Part shown: positions 53,441-61,462 of the stretch, piece after piece
Position numbering within the stretch: position 1 is the first letter of the stretch
How the letters are laid out: each line of letters opens with the position of its first letter
Source: Chthoniobacterales bacterium
Lineage (GTDB): Bacteria; Verrucomicrobiota; Verrucomicrobiia; Chthoniobacterales; JAATET01
Length of the DNA: 64,000 nucleotides
Direction of reading: 5' to 3'
Assembly (NCBI GenBank): GCA_036569045.1
Contig: DATCRI010000087.1
Coordinates: forward strand, 381 to 64,380
Notes under the pieces: model-generated
Databases searched by the model: none
Seen by the model: the letters and a program-made list of their open reading frames with translations, nothing else
Told to the model about the DNA's origin: nothing
Made by a program: the position numbers and the translations under genes

Positions 53441-53466
53441 CCACGGATCGCACAGATTCCACGGAT
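53441..53466 (+). repeat. three direct CAC(G/A)GAT motifs at 9-bp spacing immediately upstream of the GxxExxY gene
   Basis: cCACGGATcgCACAGATtcCACGGAT, then ATG at 53467. The motifs start at 53442, 53451 and 53460. An A7 run precedes them. Confidence 0.85.
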
Positions 53467-53862
53467 ATGAGGGATGAAGGGACGCTCGTTCACGGCGACT
53501 TGAGCCGAAAAATTATCGGCGCTGCAATGCGCGTATTGAACGAGTTGAAGCCCGGTCTCGACGAAAAACTCTACGAAAATGCCCTCCGGCTCGAACTCCA
53601 GGCCGAGGGCCTCCGAACCGACCAGCAGCGCCGGTTTCCGGTCCATTACCGAAATCAGCTCATCGGAACCCTCATCCCCGATCTGATCGTAGAGGATGCC
53701 GTCATCGTCGATCCCAAGGTCGTAACTGCTTTTCACGACGAACACCTCGCTCAGATGCTTGGTTATCTTTCGATCACCGGCCTCGATCTCGCCTTGCTGC
53801 TCAATTTCCGCACAACCCGCCTAGAGTGGAAACGAGTTCTCAATCCCAGGCTCATTTCCTGA
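53467..53862 (+). CDS. GxxExxY protein (PD-(D/E)XK nuclease-like small protein family)
   Basis: IIGAAMRVLNELKPGLDEKLYENALRLELQAEGL...VDPKVV...QMLGYLSITGLDLALLLNF contains the G..E..Y motif (GLDEKLY) and D/E-x-K-like core typical of this family. Confidence 0.8.
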   Translation: MRDEGTLVHGDLSRKIIGAAMRVLNELKPGLDEKLYENALRLELQAEGLRTDQQRRFPVHYRNQLIGTLIPDLIVEDAVIVDPKVVTAFHDEHLAQMLGYLSITGLDLALLLNFRTTRLEWKRVLNPRLIS

Positions 53863-53878
53863 TGCCACCATCAGAGCC

Positions 53879-53895
53879 ATCCGTGTTATCCGTGG
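53879..53895 (+). repeat. two ATCCGTG motifs at 9-bp spacing downstream of the GxxExxY gene, inverted relative to the upstream set
   Basis: cATCCGTGttATCCGTGGt. ACCACGGAT (53440-53448) and ATCCGTGGT (53888-53896) form a perfect 9-bp inverted pair bracketing the gene. Confidence 0.85.
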
Positions 53896-53904
53896 TCTCT
53901 CATC

Positions 53905-54582
53905 ATGTTCGCGCCCGATAAATTCCTCGATCTCTCGGAAACCGAACACGGCTTGCTGTTCGAAGACGTCGAGCACGTCTGGCAGGCCCTTCCGAAGATC
54001 GCCGCCTACCTGAAGTTCCGGCTGAAGCCCGCCATCCTCGGCAAGGTCGTCGGCAAACCCTTCATCAGCGACAAAGTCTACATCGGCAAGGGCACGATCA
54101 TTGAACACGGAGCGATGATCAAAGGTCCGGCCTGGATCGGCGAAAATTGCGAGATCCGCAATGGCGCTTACATCCGCGAGAACGTCATCCTGGGCGATGG
54201 CGTCGTCGCCGGAAACTCCAGCGAGTTCAAGAACTGCCTCGTCTTCAACGACGCCGAGATCCCGCACTACAACTACGTCGGCGACTCCATCCTCGGGCAC
54301 AAGGCCCACCTCGGCGCGGGGGTGATTCTCTCGAACGTCCGCCTCGACCGACAGTCGGTCTCCGTCGCCGCTCCCGACGGCCCCATCGATACCGGCCTGC
54401 GCAAATTCGGCGCCGTGGTCGGCGACCGCAGCGAAATCGGCTGCAACGCGGTGCTTAGCCCCGGCTCGATTATCGGCCGTAGCTGCATCATCTACCCCGG
54501 CACGCAATGGCGCGGCGTCCTGCCGGATCACAGCATCGCCAAACTCCGCCAGGATCTCAGCATAATCCCGCGGCAGAGCTGA
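53905..54582 (+). CDS. left-handed beta-helix (hexapeptide-repeat) transferase family protein
   Basis: Repeated [LIV]-G-x-x-x-x hexapeptides (IGKGTIIEHGAMIKGPAWIGENCEIRNGAYIRENVILGDGVVAGNSSEFKNCLVFNDAEI...). It resembles the C-terminal LbH half of sugar-nucleotidyl/acetyltransferases, without the nucleotidyltransferase domain. Confidence 0.7.
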   Translation: MFAPDKFLDLSETEHGLLFEDVEHVWQALPKIAAYLKFRLKPAILGKVVGKPFISDKVYIGKGTIIEHGAMIKGPAWIGENCEIRNGAYIRENVILGDGVVAGNSSEFKNCLVFNDAEIPHYNYVGDSILGHKAHLGAGVILSNVRLDRQSVSVAAPDGPIDTGLRKFGAVVGDRSEIGCNAVLSPGSIIGRSCIIYPGTQWRGVLPDHSIAKLRQDLSIIPRQS

Positions 54583-55911
54583 CTACCGCATCCAGATCCG
54601 CGACAGCCGCCGCAGGCGCCCCGCGATCACGTTGCCATCGCCCCGCGGCGTGCTCGCGGCCTCCACCAGCCACGTCACCGCCGCGAAGGCCGCGACGTCC
54701 GCCAGCAGCAACACGGCGAAATAAATGCTGTGCCGCCGCCAGGCGAATTCGCCCCAGCCCGTCGCCATTTCGTAGCCGCCGATCGCATCGAGCGTCACCC
54801 CCCACATCACCGGCGCCGCGCCCAGCCCGAGGCTGGTGATCACCGTGAACAGCGCAAAGAAATGGTTCCGGCCCATTTCCGGCATCGTCGCCATCGCGAT
54901 GCGCGTGTTCGCCACGTTGAAATTCGCCGCCGCGAGGCCGGTGAAGAAATTGAGCGCCGTCACGATCGGCACCGTGCACGGCCACACGCCGCCCGCGATG
55001 AGCAGCCAGCCGATCAGCACGAGGGCGAAGATCGCCAGCGCCACGCGCAGCACGGGCTTGCTCCCCACGCCATCGATCACGCGCGCCGTGATCATCAGCG
55101 AGAGAATCGGCCCCACGAAAGCCACGCCCGAGAGCATCAGGATCATGTCCGCCTCGAAGTGTTGGAACTCCCGGAGGAACTCGACCGTGAAGACGCTCAG
55201 GCTCCCGATCACAAGCATGAACAGCAGGTTGAACCCCAGCAGCCGCAGGAACGGCGAATGCCGCAGCATGGCCAACCACGGCACCGGATGCGCGGAACGC
55301 GTCATCGCCTCGCCCGTCGGCGCGTCCGGGATGCGTTTGATGAACCACAGGCTCGCCGACCCGCCCACCGCACTGATGAGGAACACGACGGAAAATTCCC
55401 ACGGATCGACGCGCCCGCGCATCACCCATGCGCACGCCACGAGCGAGAGCAGGCTGCCGGCGTAGGTAAAAAGCTGGTCGCGTGCGAGGAAGCGCCCTCG
55501 CACCGGCTCGGGAATGATCGCCGCGATCCACGGCATCCAGCCCGCCGAGGAAATCCCGCGCAGCAGGTTGAAAATGAAGAGCGCGGCGAGGAGCAGCGCG
55601 AGCCTCGAGGTATTGTCGAGGAAGCCGAGCAGCGGAATCACCGCCACCAGATAAATGAACACCGTTCGCAGTCCCCAGCCACTCAGCACGAACTGGCGAT
55701 ACGAATAGCGATCCAGAAATCGCGCCGCCGGCAGCTGCATCACCGTCATCAGCGGCGTAAACGCGGCAATGATGCCGATCACCGTCGACGAGGCGCCAAG
55801 CGATTTGCCGAACAGCACGATCGGCGCCCCCATCATCACCTGGAACGCGATGGCGTTGAACAGATTGAACCAATGCGAGTTGAACGCTCCGCGTGGATAG
55901 GACGGCGACAC
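54583..55911 (-). CDS. MFS transporter
   Basis: 442 aa with 12 predicted TM helices. The loop motif LPAARFLDRYSYRQ between TM2 and TM3 resembles the MFS signature. The antisense frame here forms the spurious N-terminal extension of the uvrC track ORF. Confidence 0.8.
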   Translation of the reverse strand: MSPSYPRGAFNSHWFNLFNAIAFQVMMGAPIVLFGKSLGASSTVIGIIAAFTPLMTVMQLPAARFLDRYSYRQFVLSGWGLRTVFIYLVAVIPLLGFLDNTSRLALLLAALFIFNLLRGISSAGWMPWIAAIIPEPVRGRFLARDQLFTYAGSLLSLVACAWVMRGRVDPWEFSVVFLISAVGGSASLWFIKRIPDAPTGEAMTRSAHPVPWLAMLRHSPFLRLLGFNLLFMLVIGSLSVFTVEFLREFQHFEADMILMLSGVAFVGPILSLMITARVIDGVGSKPVLRVALAIFALVLIGWLLIAGGVWPCTVPIVTALNFFTGLAAANFNVANTRIAMATMPEMGRNHFFALFTVITSLGLGAAPVMWGVTLDAIGGYEMATGWGEFAWRRHSIYFAVLLLADVAAFAAVTWLVEAASTPRGDGNVIAGRLRRLSRIWMR

Positions 55912-55937
55912 AAATACGTTTCAACCACACCGCCCGC

Positions 55938-55989
55938 GGAGGACACGGAGATAATCTCAAATTTTTCTGTCATCCTCTCCGTGCCCTCC
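55938..55989. repeat. 13-bp inverted repeat (1 mismatch) with 26-nt spacer in the MFS/uvrC divergent intergenic region
   Basis: GGAGGACACGGAG (55938-55950) and CTCCGTGCCCTCC (55977-55989). A further CTCTGTGG lies at 55995-56002. The core CACGGAG/CACAGAG resembles the CACGGAT/CACAGAT motifs flanking the GxxExxY gene. Confidence 0.8.
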
Positions 55990-56016
55990 GCGACCTCTGT
56001 GGTAAATTTTTCGCTC

Positions 56017-57588
56017 ATGCCCACCGAGAGAACCGACTTTGCCGTGAAGCTGCGCGACGTCCCGCACAAGCCGGGCGTCTACGTGATGCGGGATCGCCTG
56101 AAGAAAGTGATCTACGTTGGGAAGGCCCGCGACCTCCGCAAGCGCGTGGGCAATTACTTCATGCCGTCGAAGAAGATGACGGCGGATCCCAAGACACGCG
56201 CCCTCATCGACAGCATCTGGGATTTCGAATGGCATGTCGTAAAAAGCGAGGCCGAGGCCGTGCTCTACGAAGGCCGGCTCATCAAGGAGTTCCGGCCGAA
56301 ATACAACGTCAGCTTTCGCGACGACAAACGCTTCCTCCTCGTCCGCGTGAATCTCGACGAGCCCTATCCGCGCTTCGGCCTCACGCGGCTGAAAAAGGAC
56401 GACGGCGCGCGTTACTTCGGCCCGTTCGCCCACAGCGGCGCCCTGCGCACCACGCTCAATGCCATTCGCAAGCGCTTCGGCCTGCGCACCTGTGCGCCGC
56501 GCGTGCCGGATGAGGGCGACTACCGCCATTGCAGCAACGACATCATCAAGAACTGCTCCGCGCCCTGCATCGGCCGGGCGACGCAGGAGGACTACCGGCG
56601 TCGCGTGGACGCGGCCTGCGAGTTTCTCGAGGGCCAGTCGACGCAGATGATCGAGCAGGTCGAAGCCGAGATGAAAGCCGCCGCCGAGAAACTCGATTTC
56701 GAAAAGGCCGCCCAGCTTCGCAACCTGCTCGACGACCTGCGCACCACCCGCCGGCCGATGACGCGCTACGTGCACAAGGCGCTGCCCAGTGCAATCGACC
56801 CGCAAAGCGACCTCCTCGCGCTCAAGGATGCCCTCGGCCTCGAGCGACCGCCGCGCATCATGGAATGCTTCGACATCTCGAACATCAGCGCCACGCACAT
56901 CGTCGCCTCGATGGTGCGCTTCCGCGCCGGCGTTCCGGATCGCGCGAATTACCGCCGGTTTCGCATCGCCGGCGTGAGGGGCCAGAACGATTTCGCAAGC
57001 ATGGCGGAAGTCGTCCGGCGCCGCTACGCACGCATTCTGCGGGAAGCCGCGACCGCCGCCGGGGAGGACGCCGAGTTCAACCAGGAAGGCCCTTACGACG
57101 CCGCGCTCCGAGCCACCGAGAATCCAAAATCCAAAATCCAAAATCCAAAATTTCCGGGCTTTCCCGATCTCATTATCGTCGACGGTGGCAAGGGCCAGCT
57201 GAGCAGTGCGTGCACGGAACTCCAGCGCCTCGGGCTCTCCGCGGTGCCAATCATTGGACTCGCCAAGGAATTTGAGGAGATTTACCGCCCCGGCCAGGCC
57301 ATGCCGATCCGGCTGCCCGCGGAAAGCGGCGCCCTCAAGCTCCTCCAGCGCATCCGCGACGAGGCGCACCGCTTCGCGAATGGCTACCACAGCCTGCTGC
57401 TCAAGCGCCGCATCAGCGAAAGCCGCCTCGACGACATTCCCGGCGTGAGCGAGGCGCGCAAAAAGGCGCTCCTTGCCAGATTTGGCAGCGTCGCCCGGCT
57501 CAAACGCGCCACTCCCGAGGCCCTTGCCGAGCTCCCCGGCATCAGCCCGCGACTCGCCGGAGAAATTCTCGCCGCCCTCGCCGGCTGA
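56017..57588 (+). CDS. uvrC: excinuclease ABC subunit C
   Basis: ATG at 56017. GIY-YIG motif (PGVYVMRDRLKKVIYVGKARDLRKRVGNYF). UVR domain (AEKLDFEKAAQLRNLLDDL). Endonuclease domain (IMECFDISNISATHIVASMVRF, PDLIIVDGGKGQL). C-terminal (HhH)2 (LDDIPGVSEARKKALLARFGS). Confidence 0.93.
   Translation: MPTERTDFAVKLRDVPHKPGVYVMRDRLKKVIYVGKARDLRKRVGNYFMPSKKMTADPKTRALIDSIWDFEWHVVKSEAEAVLYEGRLIKEFRPKYNVSFRDDKRFLLVRVNLDEPYPRFGLTRLKKDDGARYFGPFAHSGALRTTLNAIRKRFGLRTCAPRVPDEGDYRHCSNDIIKNCSAPCIGRATQEDYRRRVDAACEFLEGQSTQMIEQVEAEMKAAAEKLDFEKAAQLRNLLDDLRTTRRPMTRYVHKALPSAIDPQSDLLALKDALGLERPPRIMECFDISNISATHIVASMVRFRAGVPDRANYRRFRIAGVRGQNDFASMAEVVRRRYARILREAATAAGEDAEFNQEGPYDAALRATENPKSKIQNPKFPGFPDLIIVDGGKGQLSSACTELQRLGLSAVPIIGLAKEFEEIYRPGQAMPIRLPAESGALKLLQRIRDEAHRFANGYHSLLLKRRISESRLDDIPGVSEARKKALLARFGSVARLKRATPEALAELPGISPRLAGEILAALAG
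57121..57151 (+). repeat. heptanucleotide microsatellite (AATCCAA)x4 + AAT inside uvrC
   Basis: aatccaa aatccaa aatccaa aatccaa aat, read directly. It is in frame as NPKSKIQNPK in a linker just before PDLIIVDGGKGQL. It is strikingly AT-rich relative to its surroundings. Confidence 0.95.
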
Positions 57589-57597
57589 GCACGCCGA

Positions 57598-59229
57598 TCA
57601 GTAGCGAAGAATTCGCAGCACGAGCGGCTCGGAGACGTTTCCGAGCTTATCGGTCGCCGTGACGGAGATCCGATTGATCCCCATCACGAGCGGCACCTCG
57701 AAGCGCCAGAATTTGTCGCCCTTCGCCAGCTTGTGGAATGTGACTTTCTTGCCCTTCTTCCGAGTCTTTCCGCGGCTCTTCGCGTCGCGCTGGACGGTAT
57801 ATTCCACCTTCGCGATTCCCGTGTCGTCCTCGGCCGTGCCGCGGATGGTGATCGAATTCTCCTTCGTGACCCGATCCCGCGGCTTGCGGGGATACGAGAC
57901 GCGCACCCATGGGATCACCGCACGGGTATCCGCGAGATAGATGCCCTCGCCGCTCGCAAAAGACGCGCGGAAGACAAATTGATGGAGGTCATTGAACGTC
58001 CCGGGACCGGCAAAATCCACGGACGTGGCTACCTGATTCCCGGAAGGCGTCGGCAGAGACACGCCGTTCGCCGCGATCAGGACCGGACCGCCCGAGCGAC
58101 GCTGGATCCAGATTCCCTCTCGTGTCCCGCCATTCGGATAAAGGATCACCGCCTTGAAGATCACGTCGCCGGTTTCGTTGACCACCGCCGGCCCAAATAC
58201 GTCGTGAAACGTCACCCCATTGGTAGTAGGCACGGCGTCGCCGCCCCGAACGATGGGCTGCAACGCCCCGGGAAAACCCGCAAAAACGGCCGTCGAGGAA
58301 CTCTCGCTATTGTCGTAGATCGTCGCGCTGAAGGCGACGTGTCCGTCCGACGCGATCGAGGGATGGGGCGAGAGATCGTTCAAATAAGCGCCCGGCATCG
58401 CGGGAGCCGGTTCACCCTCCGTGGCCACGCGTTTCAGGGCACTCGGCGCTCCCGCGTAAAGATTCTGAACCGTGAAGGGCGTGGGCGACGGGCCGGGCGT
58501 CGTCAGCACCTTCAATGCGACATTGCCGGATTCGTTCGCGTCCACCGTCGTCCCTGCAAGAGAATCGTAGGCATCGGCGCCACCCTCGGAGCCCTGAAAA
58601 ATCCGCCGCACCAGCACGTTTCCCGAGCGCCCGGGCAGCGTCTGTCCCTCGACCAGCGGAGTGGTCGCTCCCTGGCCATTCACCAAGCCAAGCACTTCGG
58701 CGAAGCTCTCTGCACCTGTTGCCTGTTCCCCCTTGATCGCCACGAGATTCCCCGCGCGAAACGCGGCCGGGCCAAAATCCACGAACGACGTCGGCAATGC
58801 CAGCGAGACATTTTCCCCGAAAATCCCCACGGAAAATCCGCGTCCGGTCGTCGTTCCATTGAACGCCACCCGCCCGTCGAAGGCCACCGACACCGCACTG
58901 AAGCTGTCGTAAGTCATGCCCGATTCCGGCGCAGCTTGTCCCGCCTGGGCGACCAGTCGGGGTTTTCCAAAGAAGCTGGCCACCACGCGAGGCGTCCCGA
59001 ACTCGGCATCGATCCCGTCGATGAACGCCACCGTGCCATCCGCGCCGAGCTTCGGCAGCCCAAAATTCGAATACTGCCCACCACCGGGCGCCGGCTGCCC
59101 GGTAAACGCCACGACGTCATAGCTCGCCCCAGCCTGCCCAAAGGCCGGCAAAACCACCGCCATCAGGCCCGCAGCCCAAAAGCCAATCAAACGGGCCCCG
59201 ATAAGCGAAACAATCAGTTGGCGACGCAT
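57598..59229 (-). CDS. secreted NxxGxxAF-type tandem-repeat protein with C-terminal Ig-like domain
   Basis: ATG at 59229 (the track starts at TTG 59241). Signal/TM helix LIGARLIGFWAAGLMAVVLPAFG. Recurrent motifs GADGTVAFIDG, AFDGRVAFNGT, NESGNVALKV, ASDGHVAFSAT, NETGDVIFKAV. The C-terminal ITIRGTAEDDTGIAKVEYTV...ISVTATDKLGNVS is Ig-like. Confidence 0.7.
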   Translation of the reverse strand: MRRQLIVSLIGARLIGFWAAGLMAVVLPAFGQAGASYDVVAFTGQPAPGGGQYSNFGLPKLGADGTVAFIDGIDAEFGTPRVVASFFGKPRLVAQAGQAAPESGMTYDSFSAVSVAFDGRVAFNGTTTGRGFSVGIFGENVSLALPTSFVDFGPAAFRAGNLVAIKGEQATGAESFAEVLGLVNGQGATTPLVEGQTLPGRSGNVLVRRIFQGSEGGADAYDSLAGTTVDANESGNVALKVLTTPGPSPTPFTVQNLYAGAPSALKRVATEGEPAPAMPGAYLNDLSPHPSIASDGHVAFSATIYDNSESSSTAVFAGFPGALQPIVRGGDAVPTTNGVTFHDVFGPAVVNETGDVIFKAVILYPNGGTREGIWIQRRSGGPVLIAANGVSLPTPSGNQVATSVDFAGPGTFNDLHQFVFRASFASGEGIYLADTRAVIPWVRVSYPRKPRDRVTKENSITIRGTAEDDTGIAKVEYTVQRDAKSRGKTRKKGKKVTFHKLAKGDKFWRFEVPLVMGINRISVTATDKLGNVSEPLVLRILRY

Positions 59230-59305
59230 ACGAGCCGCCAAACTAGCCCAACAACAGAGAGCGACAACCCCTTTTTGCGAAGGATTGTAGGTAACCGGTT
59301 CATCT

Positions 59306-59349
59306 CAAAAACGTAAAACCCCGACGAGAATCATTCCCGCCGGGGTTTT
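59306..59349 (-). terminator. intrinsic terminator downstream of the PEP-CTERM gene
   Basis: Plus strand: aaaaCCCCGaCG-agaatcattcc-CGcCGGGGtttt. On the minus strand the hairpin is followed by TTTTACGTTTTT. Confidence 0.7.
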
Positions 59350-59363
59350 GCAAAAGAATTTTC

Positions 59364-60197
59364 CTAAACCCGACGACGACGGGAGTTCAGAAAAAGCGCA
59401 CCGATTCCCAAAGCAGCCAACGCAATCATTCCCGGCTCCGGAACCGCACTCACGTCAGCAAAGCTGGTAGAAACAACCAGACCGTCGATTGCCGTCGTGC
59501 CGATCCCACTCGCTTGTCGTAGCAGGATATTTCCCATTGTCGTTATGCCTCCAGGAACCGAGGTCTCGCCATCGACAGTGGTTGAAAAAACAGCCGCTAC
59601 CGAATCGGTCACTGACGAACTGCCTTCACCAGTTGGATTAATCCACAACGTGGAGGTCATCGTCGTAAAATCGAATTTCACGACAATTCGAACTGTCGTG
59701 TTCAAATCAAACTCCGCACCGGAATAAACGACCGCGTTTCCACTGTCGTTGATGATTCCTAACTTGAATTTCGTAGAGGTGGAACCTTGGGCGATTTGCA
59801 AGCGACCGAAATAGTCATTCGCGGCCCCCGTTTCACCGTCCCAAAGTGTGGCGAAATAACTTCCGTTCGCGCTGGGGGCAGCAGTAACCGTGGCTGTGAG
59901 GCCATAATACAAAGATCCGCTACTAACCGGAGTAAACGCCCGTGCATCATCTTGCGAATTCGCAAAAGTCGTGATTGCCCTACCAGACGATACATTCAAA
60001 GGCGTGCTGCCGCTATTGAGAACCCATGCTCCTCCCGAAACCGTTAAAAGATCGCCATCCGCATAATCAAAATATTCCGAAAGCAATGGGGCCGCAGAAG
60101 CGCCACTCATGACGGAAAAACACAGCGCTCCCATGGAAAGGAGCGAAACGAATGGCTTACGAACAAGCGATTTGGAAGTGGGCAGCGGATTTTTCAT
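59364..60197 (-). CDS. PEP-CTERM sorting-domain protein (LamG/jelly-roll-like ectodomain)
   Basis: ATG at 60197 gives the signal peptide MKNPLPTSKSLVRKPFVSLLSMGALCFSVMSGASA. The C-terminus VPEPGMIALAALGIGALFLNSRRRRV is a textbook PEP-CTERM anchor. The gene is visibly more A/T-rich than its neighbours. Confidence 0.85.
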   Translation of the reverse strand: MKNPLPTSKSLVRKPFVSLLSMGALCFSVMSGASAAPLLSEYFDYADGDLLTVSGGAWVLNSGSTPLNVSSGRAITTFANSQDDARAFTPVSSGSLYYGLTATVTAAPSANGSYFATLWDGETGAANDYFGRLQIAQGSTSTKFKLGIINDSGNAVVYSGAEFDLNTTVRIVVKFDFTTMTSTLWINPTGEGSSSVTDSVAAVFSTTVDGETSVPGGITTMGNILLRQASGIGTTAIDGLVVSTSFADVSAVPEPGMIALAALGIGALFLNSRRRRV

Positions 60198-60448
60198 TGG
60201 GAATGGAAACAAGGGCAGCACTTTTGCCATTTGAATAAACACGGTCCGTCGGCAGCCCGAGGAACATTCAAATTGCGACAATTATGCCATCGTCTGTTGC
60301 GAGCCACTCTCAGCAGCCACCGTGCCTGAAATGCCATAGCCCTTCACAAGGGCACGTTATTCCCAAATTTTTTCAGAAATTACGCCGATTTACTTCCGAA
60401 CAAAGATTATCACACGGAGAGCCTCCTCGCTCCCTGCCTGAGCGGGCG

Positions 60449-61447
60449 TCAAATCAGCTCCGCAATCTGCACGGCGTTGAGCGCGGCGCCTTTGAGGAGC
60501 TGGTCGCCGCAGACCCAGAAGGTCAGGCCGTTTTCCATCGCGCAATCGAGGCGCAGGCGACCGACTTCGCAGTCGTCCTTGCCGGCGACTTCGAGCGGCA
60601 CGGGATACTTGCGATCCGCTGGCACGTCGACGACCCGGATGCCGGGAAATGCGTCGATGGCCTTGCGCGCGGCGGCTACGCTGGCGGGACGCTCGAACTC
60701 GGCGCTCACCGCCACGGAATGCGCCCGGTAAACCGGCACGCGCACGCAGGTCACCGAGGCGCGGAACATCGGCAGGTGCATGATGCGCCGGCCTTCGTTC
60801 TGCATCTTCATCTCTTCCTTCGTGTAGCCGGAGTCGAGGAACGAGTCGACCTGCGGGATGACGTTGAAGGCGATCTGATGGGAGAAAACCTCGGGCTTCG
60901 TCGCGACGCCGGCGGCGATATCGTTCACCTGCTGGCGCAGTTCTTCCACGGCCTGGGCACCGGCGCCGGACACGGCCTGGTAGCTGGACGCGAAGACGCG
61001 CTTCACCCGGAACTTCTGATGCAGCGGGTAGAGCGCCATGAGCGTGATGGCGGTCGTGCAGTTCGGATTCGCGATAATCCCCTCGTGATGCTTCACGTCG
61101 GCGCCGTTGATCTCGGGCACGACGAGCGGAACATTGTCGTCCATGCGGAAGGCGGACGAATTGTCGACCACCACGGCCCCGGCCTTCACGGCGATCGGGG
61201 CATATTCCTTCGAGATGCCGCCGCCCGCGCTGAAGAGCGCGATGTCGACGCCGGCAAACGAATCGGGCCCGAGCGCTTGCACGGGGACGTCTTCGCCGCG
61301 GAATGGCAGGGTTTTGCCCGCGGAACGGGGCGAAGCGAGCAGGGTGAGCTTGCCGACGGGGAATTTGCGACGCGCGAGCACGTCGAGCATTTCCACTCCC
61401 ACCGCGCCGGTTGCCCCGACGATCGCCACATGATACTGCCTGCTCAT
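60449..61447 (-). CDS. asd: aspartate-semialdehyde dehydrogenase
   Basis: ATG at 61447 gives MSRQYHVAIVGATGAVGVEMLDVL. Active-site region IIANPNCTTAITLMAL. SYQAVSGAG. The C-terminus QLLKGAALNAVQIAELI is typical of Asd. Confidence 0.93.
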   Translation of the reverse strand: MSRQYHVAIVGATGAVGVEMLDVLARRKFPVGKLTLLASPRSAGKTLPFRGEDVPVQALGPDSFAGVDIALFSAGGGISKEYAPIAVKAGAVVVDNSSAFRMDDNVPLVVPEINGADVKHHEGIIANPNCTTAITLMALYPLHQKFRVKRVFASSYQAVSGAGAQAVEELRQQVNDIAAGVATKPEVFSHQIAFNVIPQVDSFLDSGYTKEEMKMQNEGRRIMHLPMFRASVTCVRVPVYRAHSVAVSAEFERPASVAAARKAIDAFPGIRVVDVPADRKYPVPLEVAGKDDCEVGRLRLDCAMENGLTFWVCGDQLLKGAALNAVQIAELI

Positions 61448-61462
61448 AAAATAAAGAGGGTT

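Noticed and set aside
54730-56016. N-terminal 429 aa of track ORF 54730-57588, extending uvrC upstream.
   Set aside because: This part is His/Arg/Glu/Pro-rich low complexity and runs antisense to the MFS transporter gene. The canonical UvrC GIY-YIG N-terminus begins at ATG 56017.
60284-61462. N-terminal about 390 aa of track ORF 60284-61945, extending the second L,D-transpeptidase upstream.
   Set aside because: It runs antisense to asd, which is strongly supported, and has low-complexity composition. The YkuD homology begins after ATG 61463. The extension also does not supply a signal peptide.
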